Origin: an uncultured Acidobacteriota bacterium
Lineage (GTDB): Bacteria > Acidobacteriota > Polarisedimenticolia > J045
Direction: 5' to 3'
Length of the DNA: 64,000 nucleotides
Assembly (NCBI GenBank): GCA_963702425.1
Contig: CAVPCQ010000017.1
Location: 96,001-160,000 of the forward strand
The notes beneath the pieces are model-generated. The model made no database searches. It saw only the letters and a list, made by a program, of their open reading frames with translations, and was not told the origin of the DNA. Positions 49,869-60,159 of this stretch are shown in pieces (position 1 is the stretch's first letter; each line of letters begins with the position of its first letter). The position numbers were made by a program, and so were the translations under genes.

Positions 49869-51542
49869 TCAGTTGTGTCGCGTGATCGTGACCCAGCCGG
49901 GCAAGCCGGACACGGCCCCGGTACGACCGACAATGACGCGACCGTCGCTCGAGAGGTCCAACGCGATGAAGCTGTCGGAGAAATGGCCGAGTTGCGCACG
50001 AGTGAATCCGCGATAGATCAGGTAGTCGTAGAGATCGCCGAAGCCCACGCCCTGGACCCAGATGAACGGCAACCCGCTGGCCAGCATGTTCGTGTGGTAT
50101 CCGGTGATGACGTTCCCGCCATCCGAGATCGCCACGGCCCTGGGGCTCCACTCCACGTCCAGGGTGCCAGGACCCAGGGGCGAGAGTCCTCCTGTGAAGG
50201 TCCAGCGGCACGCGCGATTCCCGGACGACACCGACGCCGCCGACCCGTCGAACGTGACGTCGTAGGCCACGCCGAAGTCGTTCATCCACTCCGGCCAGTA
50301 CGTGGCCGGCGGCTGGTAGGTCCAGATCACGCCGGTCTCCGAGCCCAGCTCCGGGTTCGCGGATCCCACGATCCTGCCGCCGTCGCCCGACACGCCCTCG
50401 ACGAGCCGCACCGACGTGTCCTCGGGACCACGGAACAGCTGCCAATCCTCGGCCGCGATGTCGTAGCGGTATCCGACCAGCTTGCAGGGTTGCTCGACCG
50501 TCGGCGTCCTGCCGTAGACGACCTTGCCGTCCGAGGTCATGTCGGCGCCCTCGCTGTAGAAACGGCACGCGTCAATGTTGATGGTGTCGTCGTACAGACC
50601 CAGAACCTCCCAGTTGCCGTTGGTCCGGTCGTAGATCGCCGCGGCACTGACCTTGGACACCGATTGCGGGACGTAGGTGTTGATGCTGGCCAGCACCAGG
50701 TTGTTGTCGTCGCTGAACCCGCGGATCTGGCTCACCCGCTCGATCCCCATGTACTCGTAGTAGCTGGTGTCCGACGGGTTCGCGATGAACGCCTCGGTCG
50801 GAATCAGGACGCCCCGCAAGGTGCTGGGCTCGAGCGCGGCGATCCACCGGCCGTCCCGCGAGACGCGTAGGGCCTGGTGGCCCGGCAACTCGGCGTAGAA
50901 TCGGTCCGGCATGGAGAAGTTGCACAATCCCGTCGGGCACGAATCGCACGCATTCGGCAGGCCGCCGCGGTCGGAGTCCAGCGCATCGTTGCTGTTCGGA
51001 CACTGGTCGTGGCAGTTGGGCACGCCGTCGCCGTCGCTGTCCGCGGTGTCCTCGACCTTGAAACAGCCGCACCTGCCGCGGTCGACTTTCGCCAGATCAC
51101 TGATACAGTAATCGCAGACGTCTCCCGCCTGGTCGCCGTCCTGGTTGGCCTGGTCCGTGTTGGCCCGGCTCGGACAGTTGTCCAGATGGTCGCAGAACGT
51201 GTCGGCGTCGCTGTCGACATCGCAAACCCCGCCGCAGACGAGCTGGCCGCTGGGACATTGGCCCACCACGACGTAGAAAAACACCTTGCCGGCCGGCGGT
51301 GTGTCGATCCAGCTGTTCGTACTGGTATCCCCAAGTCGGTTGCCGGGGTCCGTGGCCCGGGTCGGATCCGTCGACCGGAATACGGTGTAGGTCGGAATCG
51401 TCCCGGTCCAGCTGAGGGTCACGGAGGTGGCGCTCTGTCCCCTCGACACCCTCAGGTCAATGCCCTCGGGCGCGGCGGCCCGGGCCGGGAGCGCAATGGC
51501 TGCGACGATCAGTACGGTCCGCACTGCAATGAGGGCACGCAT
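49869..51542 (-). CDS. Secreted protein: FN3-like module + thrombospondin type-3 repeats + HAF-like propeller
   Basis: Signal peptide; DNCP..AN.DQ.N.DGD..GD.CD; VS.DG..IVG repeats. Confidence 0.88.
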   Translation of the reverse strand: MRALIAVRTVLIVAAIALPARAAAPEGIDLRVSRGQSATSVTLSWTGTIPTYTVFRSTDPTRATDPGNRLGDTSTNSWIDTPPAGKVFFYVVVGQCPSGQLVCGGVCDVDSDADTFCDHLDNCPSRANTDQANQDGDQAGDVCDYCISDLAKVDRGRCGCFKVEDTADSDGDGVPNCHDQCPNSNDALDSDRGGLPNACDSCPTGLCNFSMPDRFYAELPGHQALRVSRDGRWIAALEPSTLRGVLIPTEAFIANPSDTSYYEYMGIERVSQIRGFSDDNNLVLASINTYVPQSVSKVSAAAIYDRTNGNWEVLGLYDDTINIDACRFYSEGADMTSDGKVVYGRTPTVEQPCKLVGYRYDIAAEDWQLFRGPEDTSVRLVEGVSGDGGRIVGSANPELGSETGVIWTYQPPATYWPEWMNDFGVAYDVTFDGSAASVSSGNRACRWTFTGGLSPLGPGTLDVEWSPRAVAISDGGNVITGYHTNMLASGLPFIWVQGVGFGDLYDYLIYRGFTRAQLGHFSDSFIALDLSSDGRVIVGRTGAVSGLPGWVTITRHN

Positions 51543-51584
51543 GGTCCACCTCCTCTGATTCCAGTGACGATTCCGGTCTGCGAG

Positions 51585-52670
51585 CTAGTGAAACGGAGCA
51601 TCGAAGTAGACCACGGACCCCTGCAGGCGACCCTCGGGGTCGACGCCATTCCGGATGAGCGCCTTCCCGTCGCGCGTGATCGCCGCGATCGTCTCGAACG
51701 ACCAGCCGTCGATTCCGGGGACCTTGTCGGACCGCAGGTAAACGTCGAGATAGCGGAACGTATTCGGCTCGGCCCAAATCCAGGCGTCGCGGGGTCCTTC
51801 GAAGTAGGTGGCCCCGACGACGATCGAGCCGTTTTCGGAGGCATCGGTCGCGTAGCTTCTGCAGGCCCGGTAGCCGCCCGGCAACCCGCAGATCGGGCCA
51901 ACCGTCTTCATTCCCGAGCCTGCCTTCCAGCGCCAGCCCCAGCCCGGACCGAGACCGCTCCCGACGATCACGCTCCCGTCGGAATTGGTCGCCTCGGCCT
52001 CGCCGACGAGGTCCGCCTGGTTGCCGAGGATCCACTCCTCGACGCCGTCGACCCGCTTCGCACCGCGCCGCGAGCTGTCCTCCTCGTCCTGCCAGCCGAC
52101 GACGACGCGGCCGTTGCCCGAGACGCCGTTGGCACGAGTCGCGCTGCGATCGAAGAAGGTGCCGAGACTCGTAACGTCCTTGGTGACCAGGTCGAACTCG
52201 CCGGCAGTGGCCGAGCAGCGAGTTGGTAACCAGACCGAGCCGACCGCCTTGCTGCCGTCCGTGGTGATCCCCCAGCCGCTGCTCACGTTGAAGTCGCACG
52301 GCAGGCCCCCGGGCACCGTGCCGAGGGTCTCCCACGACTCGCCACCGAGCCAGCGTGCGGCGTTCCAGAGGCCGTTTTCATCCGTCGCGCAGCCGACGAT
52401 GGTGCGACCGTCTCCCGAGATCACCGTGCGGCTCACCGGACGACCACCGCCGAGCAATACGGCCCCCCCGTCACGAGTCCAGTAGAAATTGGGGCCGTAC
52501 CAGATCGATCCGACGACCTTCGTCCCGTCGTCGGAGATGTCTGAGAAGAAGGCGCCCAGCGGACCGACCGGCATGAACGTGATACCGCCGGCCAGCGCTG
52601 AACCAAACGCCGCGACCAGGAGAATGATGAAGGCGAGGCAGGCGACATTCCTGCGTCGTGACATGAGCAT
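51585..52670 (-). CDS. Secreted HAF-repeat beta-propeller protein
   Basis: Signal peptide; ISxDGxxVVG repeats. Confidence 0.85.
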   Translation of the reverse strand: MLMSRRRNVACLAFIILLVAAFGSALAGGITFMPVGPLGAFFSDISDDGTKVVGSIWYGPNFYWTRDGGAVLLGGGRPVSRTVISGDGRTIVGCATDENGLWNAARWLGGESWETLGTVPGGLPCDFNVSSGWGITTDGSKAVGSVWLPTRCSATAGEFDLVTKDVTSLGTFFDRSATRANGVSGNGRVVVGWQDEEDSSRRGAKRVDGVEEWILGNQADLVGEAEATNSDGSVIVGSGLGPGWGWRWKAGSGMKTVGPICGLPGGYRACRSYATDASENGSIVVGATYFEGPRDAWIWAEPNTFRYLDVYLRSDKVPGIDGWSFETIAAITRDGKALIRNGVDPEGRLQGSVVYFDAPFH

Positions 52671-53474
52671 CTCCCTACCGTTTCTCTCGGTCTACCGCAG
52701 ACGCCAAACGAGAGTATCGACAGAAAGCAGCCCCCGATTCAACGGCGGATTACCGAGGGAGGGATCAGCATTTTCCCTAGGGGTGAGCGTCCGGCCATCA
52801 CCCCTCCGGCGTGCCTGGGCCACTTTCCGCCGAACTGTTGCCGGTCTCGGCGACCGGGTGCCCGACGATCCGCGGCCATTCGACGCTGAGTTGAACGCGG
52901 TCGGACGTGATCTCGGTCCGCGGGCTCTGCTTTAGAGGCTCTCCGACCAGCGGATCGGCAGAGACTTCAGCGACCCGCGAGTTGACGAACTAACGTGGTA
53001 GGGCAAAAACGTTGGGAAAGCAAATGACCCTGCGGTCTCCGGGCGCAGTGTGCCAGAGGCTCCTCGGGTCTCTTTCCACGCTTGGCACGTCCGGCCCGCG
53101 CCTCGCCCCTCCCCCGAACTGCCCGTGGTTGCGGGCCGAACCGCTCGCGCTGCTGCTACAGGGACGCTGGTCCCGGGGCGAAGGGACACCGGTCCTCGCG
53201 GTCGTGGACTCCCCGCTCTGAGCTGCAGTCGGCGCCTGCGGGCTCCCGCGAATCGGCGGTTCCGCCCGTGCTCAAGGATGCCGTAAGCGTTGGGCCGGTG
53301 GAGCGCCACGAGGATCCTTTTCGGGCCGTGGCAGCGCGGACACCCCCGCCACCGCGGTCGCGTCGACCCGTCGCGTCAGTCTTCCCGCCAGGAGGAGAAG
53401 GGTGTCGGAGTGTCTTCCGTCGTCGCCTTCCCTCCTTCTCCTTTCGCACGGGAGGCGACTTCAGTGATTGGAGG

Positions 53475-54139
53475 AACGAACTGGATCACGATGTATGACA
53501 AGGACGGTCTGGCCCTGCGGGTCGAGGCCGTGATCAACGAGCCCGACGAGTTCCGGGTTCGGCGCCGCCTCCGGCGCGGCGGCCGCCGCGTGACGGCGTG
53601 GGTCCCCTTGAGGAAGAGCGTGTCCACCCTCTTCCGCTACCGCGAGATCTCGCTTCAGAGCAGCGCGCCGTATCTCAATGCCCTGGCCCAGGTCGATGAT
53701 CCCTCGACGGGCGTGCACGTCCTGGACTCCCTCACGATGCGCAAGAAGACCGCCGCCGCGCGGCCGGCCAACCCCTTCCATCCGCACTCTCGACCCGAAA
53801 CTCAGCTCTTCGCCGCCCTGATGCGCGCGAATGCGCTCCACGGATTCACGAATCACGACCTCAGCAACAGGCTCGACCCCGCCGCGTTTCGCCTTGACGA
53901 CGATCCCCGCAAGCGCAACGCCCAGATCAGCCGGCTTCTTCATGGGCTCCACGTCTGCCGACTGATCGCCAAGATCCCGCGCTGCCGCCGCTCACGGTCA
54001 CCGACTGCGGCTGGCGCGTCATGAGCACGGCTCTCGAGTTGCGCTACCGGGAGTTTCCAGCCCCCTTCATTGGTTTCGCTTGAAGCGGCTGCCCACTTCT
54101 CTGCAGAATACGGAGAAGTTGCGAAGAGAAGATCTACCC
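53475..54139 (+). mobile_element. MYDK/wHTH element, copy C (3' half, retains MYDK)
   Basis: NWITMYDKDGLALRVEAVINEPDEFRV...GFTNHDL...LIAKIPR. Confidence 0.75.
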
Positions 54140-55247
54140 GCCCTCCTCCTCGAGGCCACAGTTGAGAGGGATGCTGACGATGAAGCTGGAAGACCTGGGA
54201 TACGACGAATTCTTTGAAGAAGGGCGCGAGGCGTCCGGGTTTCCAAGCTGCGCGGTAGCGCGGGTCGCGGCGGAGCACAGGGGTTTCTACAGGATCATCA
54301 GCCCGGACGGCGAGTGCCTGGCCGAGGTCGCCGGGAAACTGGCCCACGCGGCGTTGAAACGGGAGGATTACCCGGCGGTGGGGGACTGGGTGGCCGTTAC
54401 CGGGATGGAGCCGGGGCCGGCGGTGATCCACGGCATCCTGCCGAGGAGGACGCTGCTCAGGAGGATGAACACCGGTCGGCCGGAACCCCAGGTGATCGCC
54501 GCCAACATCGATCTCGCCTTCATCGTCGAGTCCATCGACCGCGACTTCAACCTGAACCGCCTGGAGAGGTACCTGGCCATCGCCTGGGACGCCGGCATCA
54601 AGACCACGGTCATCCTGAACAAGATCGACCTGATCTCCGTCCCTGAGCGGTCATCATTCAGCTCTCGCATCGAGAGCAGGTTCCATACCGGCGAGGTCCT
54701 CATGGTGAGTGCCGCTTCAGGTGAGGGCCTGGGTGGATTGACGAACCGCATCCCGAGAGGAAAAACCGGCTGCTTCCTGGGGTCCTCGGGGGTCGGCAAG
54801 TCCAGCCTGATCAACCGGCTGCTCGAAGCAGCGGTCATCCGGACGGAAGTGATCAGCGCTCATACCGGACAGGGCCAACACACCACGACGGCCAGGGAAA
54901 TGTACTTCATGAAGAACGGCGGGATCGTCGTCGACAACCCGGGCATGCGGGAAGTGGGAGTGGCGGCCTCGGCGACCGTGATCGAGGACACCTTCGAGGA
55001 TGTGGCCGAACTGGCCGGGCGGTGCGCCTTCCGGGATTGCACGCATGAGCACGAACCGGGATGCGCAGTGCGCGAGGCGATTGAAACCGGCGGGTTGGAC
55101 CGGAAGAGGTTCGCCAATTACCTCAAACTGAAGCAGGAAGCGGAGCACTTCGAGATGACGGCGCTGGAAAAGCGGCGGAAAGACCGGAGTTTCGGGCAAT
55201 ACGTCAAGCGGGCGAAGAAGCAGTCCAGGAAACCGAGGGATTGAGGC
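53608..55247 (+). repeat. ~1.64 kb direct repeat, copy 2
   Basis: Matches 11060-12699; ends exactly at the TGT terminus at 55248. Confidence 0.95.
54180..55244 (+). CDS. rsgA: Ribosome small subunit-dependent GTPase A, copy 2
   Basis: Identical to copy 1 except MNSGR>MNTGR. Confidence 0.95.
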   Translation: MKLEDLGYDEFFEEGREASGFPSCAVARVAAEHRGFYRIISPDGECLAEVAGKLAHAALKREDYPAVGDWVAVTGMEPGPAVIHGILPRRTLLRRMNTGRPEPQVIAANIDLAFIVESIDRDFNLNRLERYLAIAWDAGIKTTVILNKIDLISVPERSSFSSRIESRFHTGEVLMVSAASGEGLGGLTNRIPRGKTGCFLGSSGVGKSSLINRLLEAAVIRTEVISAHTGQGQHTTTAREMYFMKNGGIVVDNPGMREVGVAASATVIEDTFEDVAELAGRCAFRDCTHEHEPGCAVREAIETGGLDRKRFANYLKLKQEAEHFEMTALEKRRKDRSFGQYVKRAKKQSRKPRD

Positions 55248-55738
55248 TGTGCTTCGCCAAAATCGAATCCATGCGTCGGCATGACTGATGCCTCCGTGAA
55301 TGCCGGGGCAAGCGGAGGTCGGCCGCTGTGCTCGGGCCTCCAGCATGACGCCGCGATTTCCGGCGCCCGTACCGTCGGAAGCCTTCGCGCTGCCAGCGCA
55401 GGGCTGAACGATGGCGAGCGCCTCCTCCCATCGGATCCACCAGCGGCGCAGAGCCAACCAGAGAAGGCGGTCGATGAGGAGAAGGCGGGACCGGGGGTTC
55501 TTCCGCCGGAGGACGGCACGCTGCTGGCGGAGGGCGAGATTCTCGATCAGAAGCTCAGCGCGGCTGGCGAAGATCGCGAGAAGAGTCCGGACGACGGCAA
55601 CGACGCGGTTGAACATCCGCGCCCGATGACGGCGGTACGGACGGAGGGCAACCGAGCTCGTCCGCCGGAGAGTCGGTTATCCTGCATAGGAACGCAACTC
55701 GTTGAAGGGCAGGGCGGTCGGGGATATGGCGGGAGACA
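55248..55738 (-). mobile_element. TGT...ACA rve-integrase element, internally deleted
   Basis: Ends TGTGCTTCGCCAA and TGGCGGGAGACA; ENLALRQQ...WEEALAIVQP fragment. Confidence 0.85.
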
Positions 55739-56164
55739 GGTGCGCAGGAGCTCGAGGAGAACGGCCGCGGTCAGCTCGGCGTCGAATGCCAGCCGGTAGC
55801 ACAGCGCGAACGGCAGCGTCAGCACCCAGCCCGCCCCCGCCCGTCCGCATGCCCTGCGGCGAAGGACTCACGGCTGGGCCGGTCTCCGCTTGGCAGGTGC
55901 CCCGGTCTCCTGAGTCGAACCGATCCCGGCCGAAGATCAACCCCATCCTCATGGTGTACACTCTAAAACCGACGACGGCGGGACGAAATACCGTTTATCC
56001 CTGCGCCGCGTCGAGGCGAGCATCTCCGGCCCGCAGAGGCGCGCATGGCAGCGGATGACGAAGGCTCCGGCCAGAAAGCACCGCATAGCGACATCCTGCA
56101 GGCGCTGGGTAACCTGATCGCCGGCCCCAGGAACCAGCCGTTGCTGTGGGAGCGGCGCGGCCTG

Positions 56165-58170
56165 GTAGGGTCGAGGACTGGCGCGGTACCCCTTGGACGC
56201 GGCCTATCCGTTGCTCCCCGTTTCCTCTGGGAGTGCCTCACTAGCCACATCGTGGGCCCGTTTCCAGCCCCCGCCACATCGCACGCAGCAAGCGGATTTC
56301 CCGCACTACGCGCTCCTGCACACTTCGCATCAAGGGTTATGAAACCGTTCGGCCGGAGCGACTTTCGGTGATGAGGACACGAGGTATCGGATCCGGTAAT
56401 CGCCGAATAGTCCGAGAGTCTCGTACAGCCATCGCCTACTCCACCGCTTCCAGCCGAAGCCGGGGCGCAATCGGGCCCGCGCCAGGTGACGCCTGATCTT
56501 CTCTTCTACCCAGTTTCGGATGAACGACAGACACCGGCTCGAGTGCCCGTGCGCGAAGTAAGTCACCCAACCGCGCAGGATGGGATTGATCTTCTCGACC
56601 AACCTCCTGGTCGGTTGGGAACGAAGGCGGCGAAACCACGTCTTGACCTCGCGTAGCAACGCCGTCCGGTTCTTCAGCTGCGGCGTGCGCAGCGGCATCC
56701 ACCGCCCTGCACGACTCCGCACTCGGCGAAACTCAAAGCCGAGGAATCCGAAGCTCTCCCCTCGCGTCAGGTCCACGTTCCGGCTCTTCTCCTCGTTCAC
56801 CTCCACCCGCAGCTTGGCCAGCTCCTCCCGAAGCCGTTTCTCCACCGCTCGACGAAGCCACGCATGACGCGGATGAGAGTCCACCAACAGCACCAGGTCG
56901 TCGGCAAACCGAGCGTACTCGATCGCCGTGAATCGACCGTAGCGCGTGACCTCTTTCGCCCGCTCCAGCATCCTGTCCACCTCGTTGAGGTACAGATTGC
57001 TCAGCAAGGCTGAGATCACACCGCCTTGAGGAACTCCCACCTTCCCGGAAGCCTTCAGGATCATTCGCAGCAAGTGCATCACGTCCTCGTCATCGACTCG
57101 CTTGGCTACCTTCCCCAACACGATGGCGTGTGCCACCGTGTCGAAGTAGGAACGCAGGTCGAGATCGATGACATACGTCTTACCTTGAATGATCGCATCC
57201 GAGACCCGTTGCACCGCGTCCTGCGGTCTTCGCCTGGGTCGGTAGCCACATGACCCCGACTGAAAGCCCGCCTCGAAGATCGGTTCCAGGATGAGCTTGA
57301 GCGCTCCCTGGACCACCCGGTCCCGGATGGTTGGGATCGACAGGACGCGGAACGTGCCGCCCGCCTTGGGAATCTCAACCTTCCGGACCCGTAGGGGACG
57401 ATGGATGCGTTCGCTCAGTTCCCTCCTGAGCTGCTCCACGAAGCTATCCACGCCCTGCGCCTCGATCGCTTCGAACGTGACCCCATCAATCCCCGGGGCC
57501 CCGTTGTTCTTCTTGGCGAGTCGATACGCCTCTCGTAGCGTCTCCGTCTTGCACACGTGCACATACAGTCCCCAAAAAGCGCCAAGACGGCTCGGCCTTC
57601 GCCTTGACGTATATCCTTCGTCTCAGGTCTTGCAGATCGACGGGTGCTTTTGTCATTTCACCCCTGCCTTCCATGTTGACGAAGGATTCGTGTGCAGCAG
57701 GGCCCCTTCGCTCTACGGGCGTTACCCCGCTTCTTCGCTACTTCGGACCCGGCCGCCACCGTCTCGTCTTCGGTCGATTTCCCGGGGTCTCCGGTCATTC
57801 GACCTACCTTGCTCCGTCGATTTCTCGACGGGACGAGGACGGCTTCTCCAGTTGCTCGGCATGTCCTTGTCACCGTGCTGCCCCTACCACCCCGCCGGAG
57901 TGACCCGCCGCCTCGGTCAGATTGCGACGGACCATGCTGCCTTCGCCCCGAGGCAGAGAGCTCGGCCTCCGGAATCATCATTCGTCGAGGCCACCTCTGG
58001 GTTCACTCGCGTTGCGGCCCGGTGACTCGCTCACCATCCCGAAGATGGCTTTGTCAGTCGGCTTCACCAGATTCGTTTCCTCCACTGATGCGACCCGAGC
58101 TACGGGGCTTCTGACTTTTGCCCCGGTGGGACTCACTCCCACTGAACATGCCAGCCTTCGCTGGACGCAC
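56165..58170 (-). mobile_element. Group II intron, full-length RNA boundaries
   Basis: GTGCG at 58170; DV GCGCGTAGTGCGGGAAATCCGCTTGCTGCGTGC; DVI ending GACCCTAC at 56165. Confidence 0.92.
56330..57656 (-). pseudogene. ltrA: Group II intron RT/maturase (no En domain), one extra T in a homopolymer near 57575
   Basis: MTKAPVDLQDLRRRIYVKAKAEPSWRF then, in another frame, GAPGIDG, IPTIRDR, GVPQGG, FADD, FLGF, INPILRGW. Confidence 0.9.
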
Positions 58171-58717
58171 TCCCTCGCCACAACCCCGTCCGCCTTGTCC
58201 TTCATCGAGTTGCGTTCCCATGTAGGCGACCCGAATCGTCCGCGGACGAGCCCGATCGCCCTCAGTTCCTACCGCCGTCAGCGCGCGTGGATGCTCAACC
58301 GCCTCCTTGCCGTCGTCATGCGATGCCATCGCGAAGGTGTCAGACGGTACGGGCGCTGGACATCGCGGCGCCACGCTGGACGCCCGAGCACATCGGGCGG
58401 CCTCCGCGCGCTCGTCCACCGGATGGCGACTGAGAATCCGTCGACCGCGACGACCGGACGCACTTGTCCCTGAAGAAGGACGCTCCCGCGATGCGAGCTG
58501 TGGAGACGAGCACCGATCCAGCCGCGGAAATCATCGCTCGCCCGCTCCTCGGCGGACTTCACCACCGGTATGGCTGGCGTCCCGCAGCCTGACGCTCTCG
58601 CTCGACCGATCTGCTGCCGCCGCCGCCGCGTCGTCACCGAGCGCGAGTGCCTCTTGCCCCGGCATTCACCGAGGCATCAGTCATGCCGACGCGTGGATGC
58701 GATTCTTGCGAAGCACA
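58171..58717 (+). mobile_element. TGT...ACA element, internally deleted; its terminal TG is at 56163-56164, beyond the intron
   Basis: TG + TCCCTCGCCACAACCCC rebuilds the left end; right end TTGCGAAGCACA; RMATENP and GGLHHRY fragments. Confidence 0.85.
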
Positions 58718-58863
58718 CCTCAGCGTACCCCCGTGGGATCCCCTTGCCGCCGCGCCTCGTCTCGGGAGCGCGCGTTCGCCGATGATCGTTGCCTCCGCTG
58801 GTGTCTCGGTCGCTGTTCTCGACCCGATCCGGCTCGGGATGCTCATGGGCCGCTCGCAGTCGG

Positions 58864-60099
58864 TCAGATCCGCTCGATCGCGAGCAGCGACACGTCGTCG
58901 CGCAGGTGGCCTCCCGACCAGTCCCGAACGAGATCGGCGACGAGTTCGAGCCCTGCCCGCAGGGGGCGGTGCCGCCCCCGGTCGATCTCCGCTACCAGCC
59001 TCTCGTAGCCGAACTCCTGCTCCAACGCGTTCGGCGCTTCGATGACTCCGTCCGTGTAGAAGTACAGCCGATCCCCGGGTTGGAGGATCACGGTCTCGTC
59101 GTCGTAGGTCGCGTGCTCGATCATCCCGATCGGCAGGCCGCTGCCGTGAAGCCGGACCGGCGTCCCCGCCTTGGGAAAGAGGATGGGGGCGGGGTGGCCG
59201 GCCATGACGTACTGGAAGAGCCCTCGTGACGCGTCGAAGACCCCGTACACGAACGTGAAATACTGTCGCGTTCGATCCATCGGGAACTGCCGGTTGAGAC
59301 GCTCCGCTACGCGCGATGGCGGAACTACGCTGAGTCCGTCTGTTTTCGCCTCGAGGAGAAGCGCCCCTTCGACCGATGGCGACAGCATGTGATTCAAGGT
59401 GAACGACAGGAGGGCCGCCCCCACTCCGTGGCCGCTGACGTCCAGCAGGTAAAGCCCCACCGGGCCGTGCGGGAAGGCGACCACTCCCACCGCATCACCC
59501 GCCAGGTCGGTGCAGGGGTGGAACGCACGGGCGATGCGCAATCCACCCAGGTGCAGTTCCGCCGGCGGGAGCAGGGCGTTCTGGATTCGCGCCGCCAGTT
59601 GGAGATCGTGTTCGAGCACCTCCTTGGCCCGACGCAGTCCGTGCTCGGCCTCGCGACGCACGCTGACGTCCGACTGGATGCCGATGAAGTGGGTGACCTC
59701 GCCGAGGTCGTTGCGGACCGGCGTGATCGAGAGCCGGTTCCAGAACGCGGTGCCGTCACGCCTGTAGTTCAGGATCTCGACGATGCACTCGCGTTGCTCG
59801 GCAACGGCGGCACGGATTTCCGCAACCGCGTCCGGATCGGTGTCGGGCCCCTGAAGAAACCGGCAGTTCCTGCCCAGCACATCCGCGATCGCGTACCCCG
59901 TCATGCGCTCGAAGCCCTCGTTCACGTAGATGAGGGGCCGGTCCGGCAGCCGGGCGTCCGCAATGGTGATGCCCTCAGCCGCGACGTCGAGCGCACGGTC
60001 CTTCAACTCGGGGTGGTCCGCCAGCGCTCGTTCCTGGAGACGGGCGGCGGCCGACGCTTCGATGTGTTGGTCAGGGGGCTCGGTTGACACGCGCACCAC
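58864..60099 (-). CDS. LOV (PAS-PAC) - coiled coil - SpoIIE/PP2C phosphatase
   Basis: GRNCRFLQ, NYRRDG..FWN, IGIQ.D; AARIQ..LLP, GD, DVSGHG, TDG, DD. Confidence 0.93.
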   Translation of the reverse strand: MVRVSTEPPDQHIEASAAARLQERALADHPELKDRALDVAAEGITIADARLPDRPLIYVNEGFERMTGYAIADVLGRNCRFLQGPDTDPDAVAEIRAAVAEQRECIVEILNYRRDGTAFWNRLSITPVRNDLGEVTHFIGIQSDVSVRREAEHGLRRAKEVLEHDLQLAARIQNALLPPAELHLGGLRIARAFHPCTDLAGDAVGVVAFPHGPVGLYLLDVSGHGVGAALLSFTLNHMLSPSVEGALLLEAKTDGLSVVPPSRVAERLNRQFPMDRTRQYFTFVYGVFDASRGLFQYVMAGHPAPILFPKAGTPVRLHGSGLPIGMIEHATYDDETVILQPGDRLYFYTDGVIEAPNALEQEFGYERLVAEIDRGRHRPLRAGLELVADLVRDWSGGHLRDDVSLLAIERI

Positions 60100-60159
60100 T
60101 CTCCGGGTCGGGTGTGATCATACTCCGGCTATCGGCGACCTCCGAGGGGGTAAAAACGC

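Noticed and set aside
46024-51542. Diversity-generating retroelement (RT between two similar sequences)
   Set aside because: Differences between the copies are not adenine-specific, the copies are inverted with large deletions, and the RT lies within a complete group II intron RNA.
52995-53045. c-di-GMP-I riboswitch-like GGGCAAA...GAAA
   Set aside because: The required stem pairing and the GACGCAAAG segment are absent.
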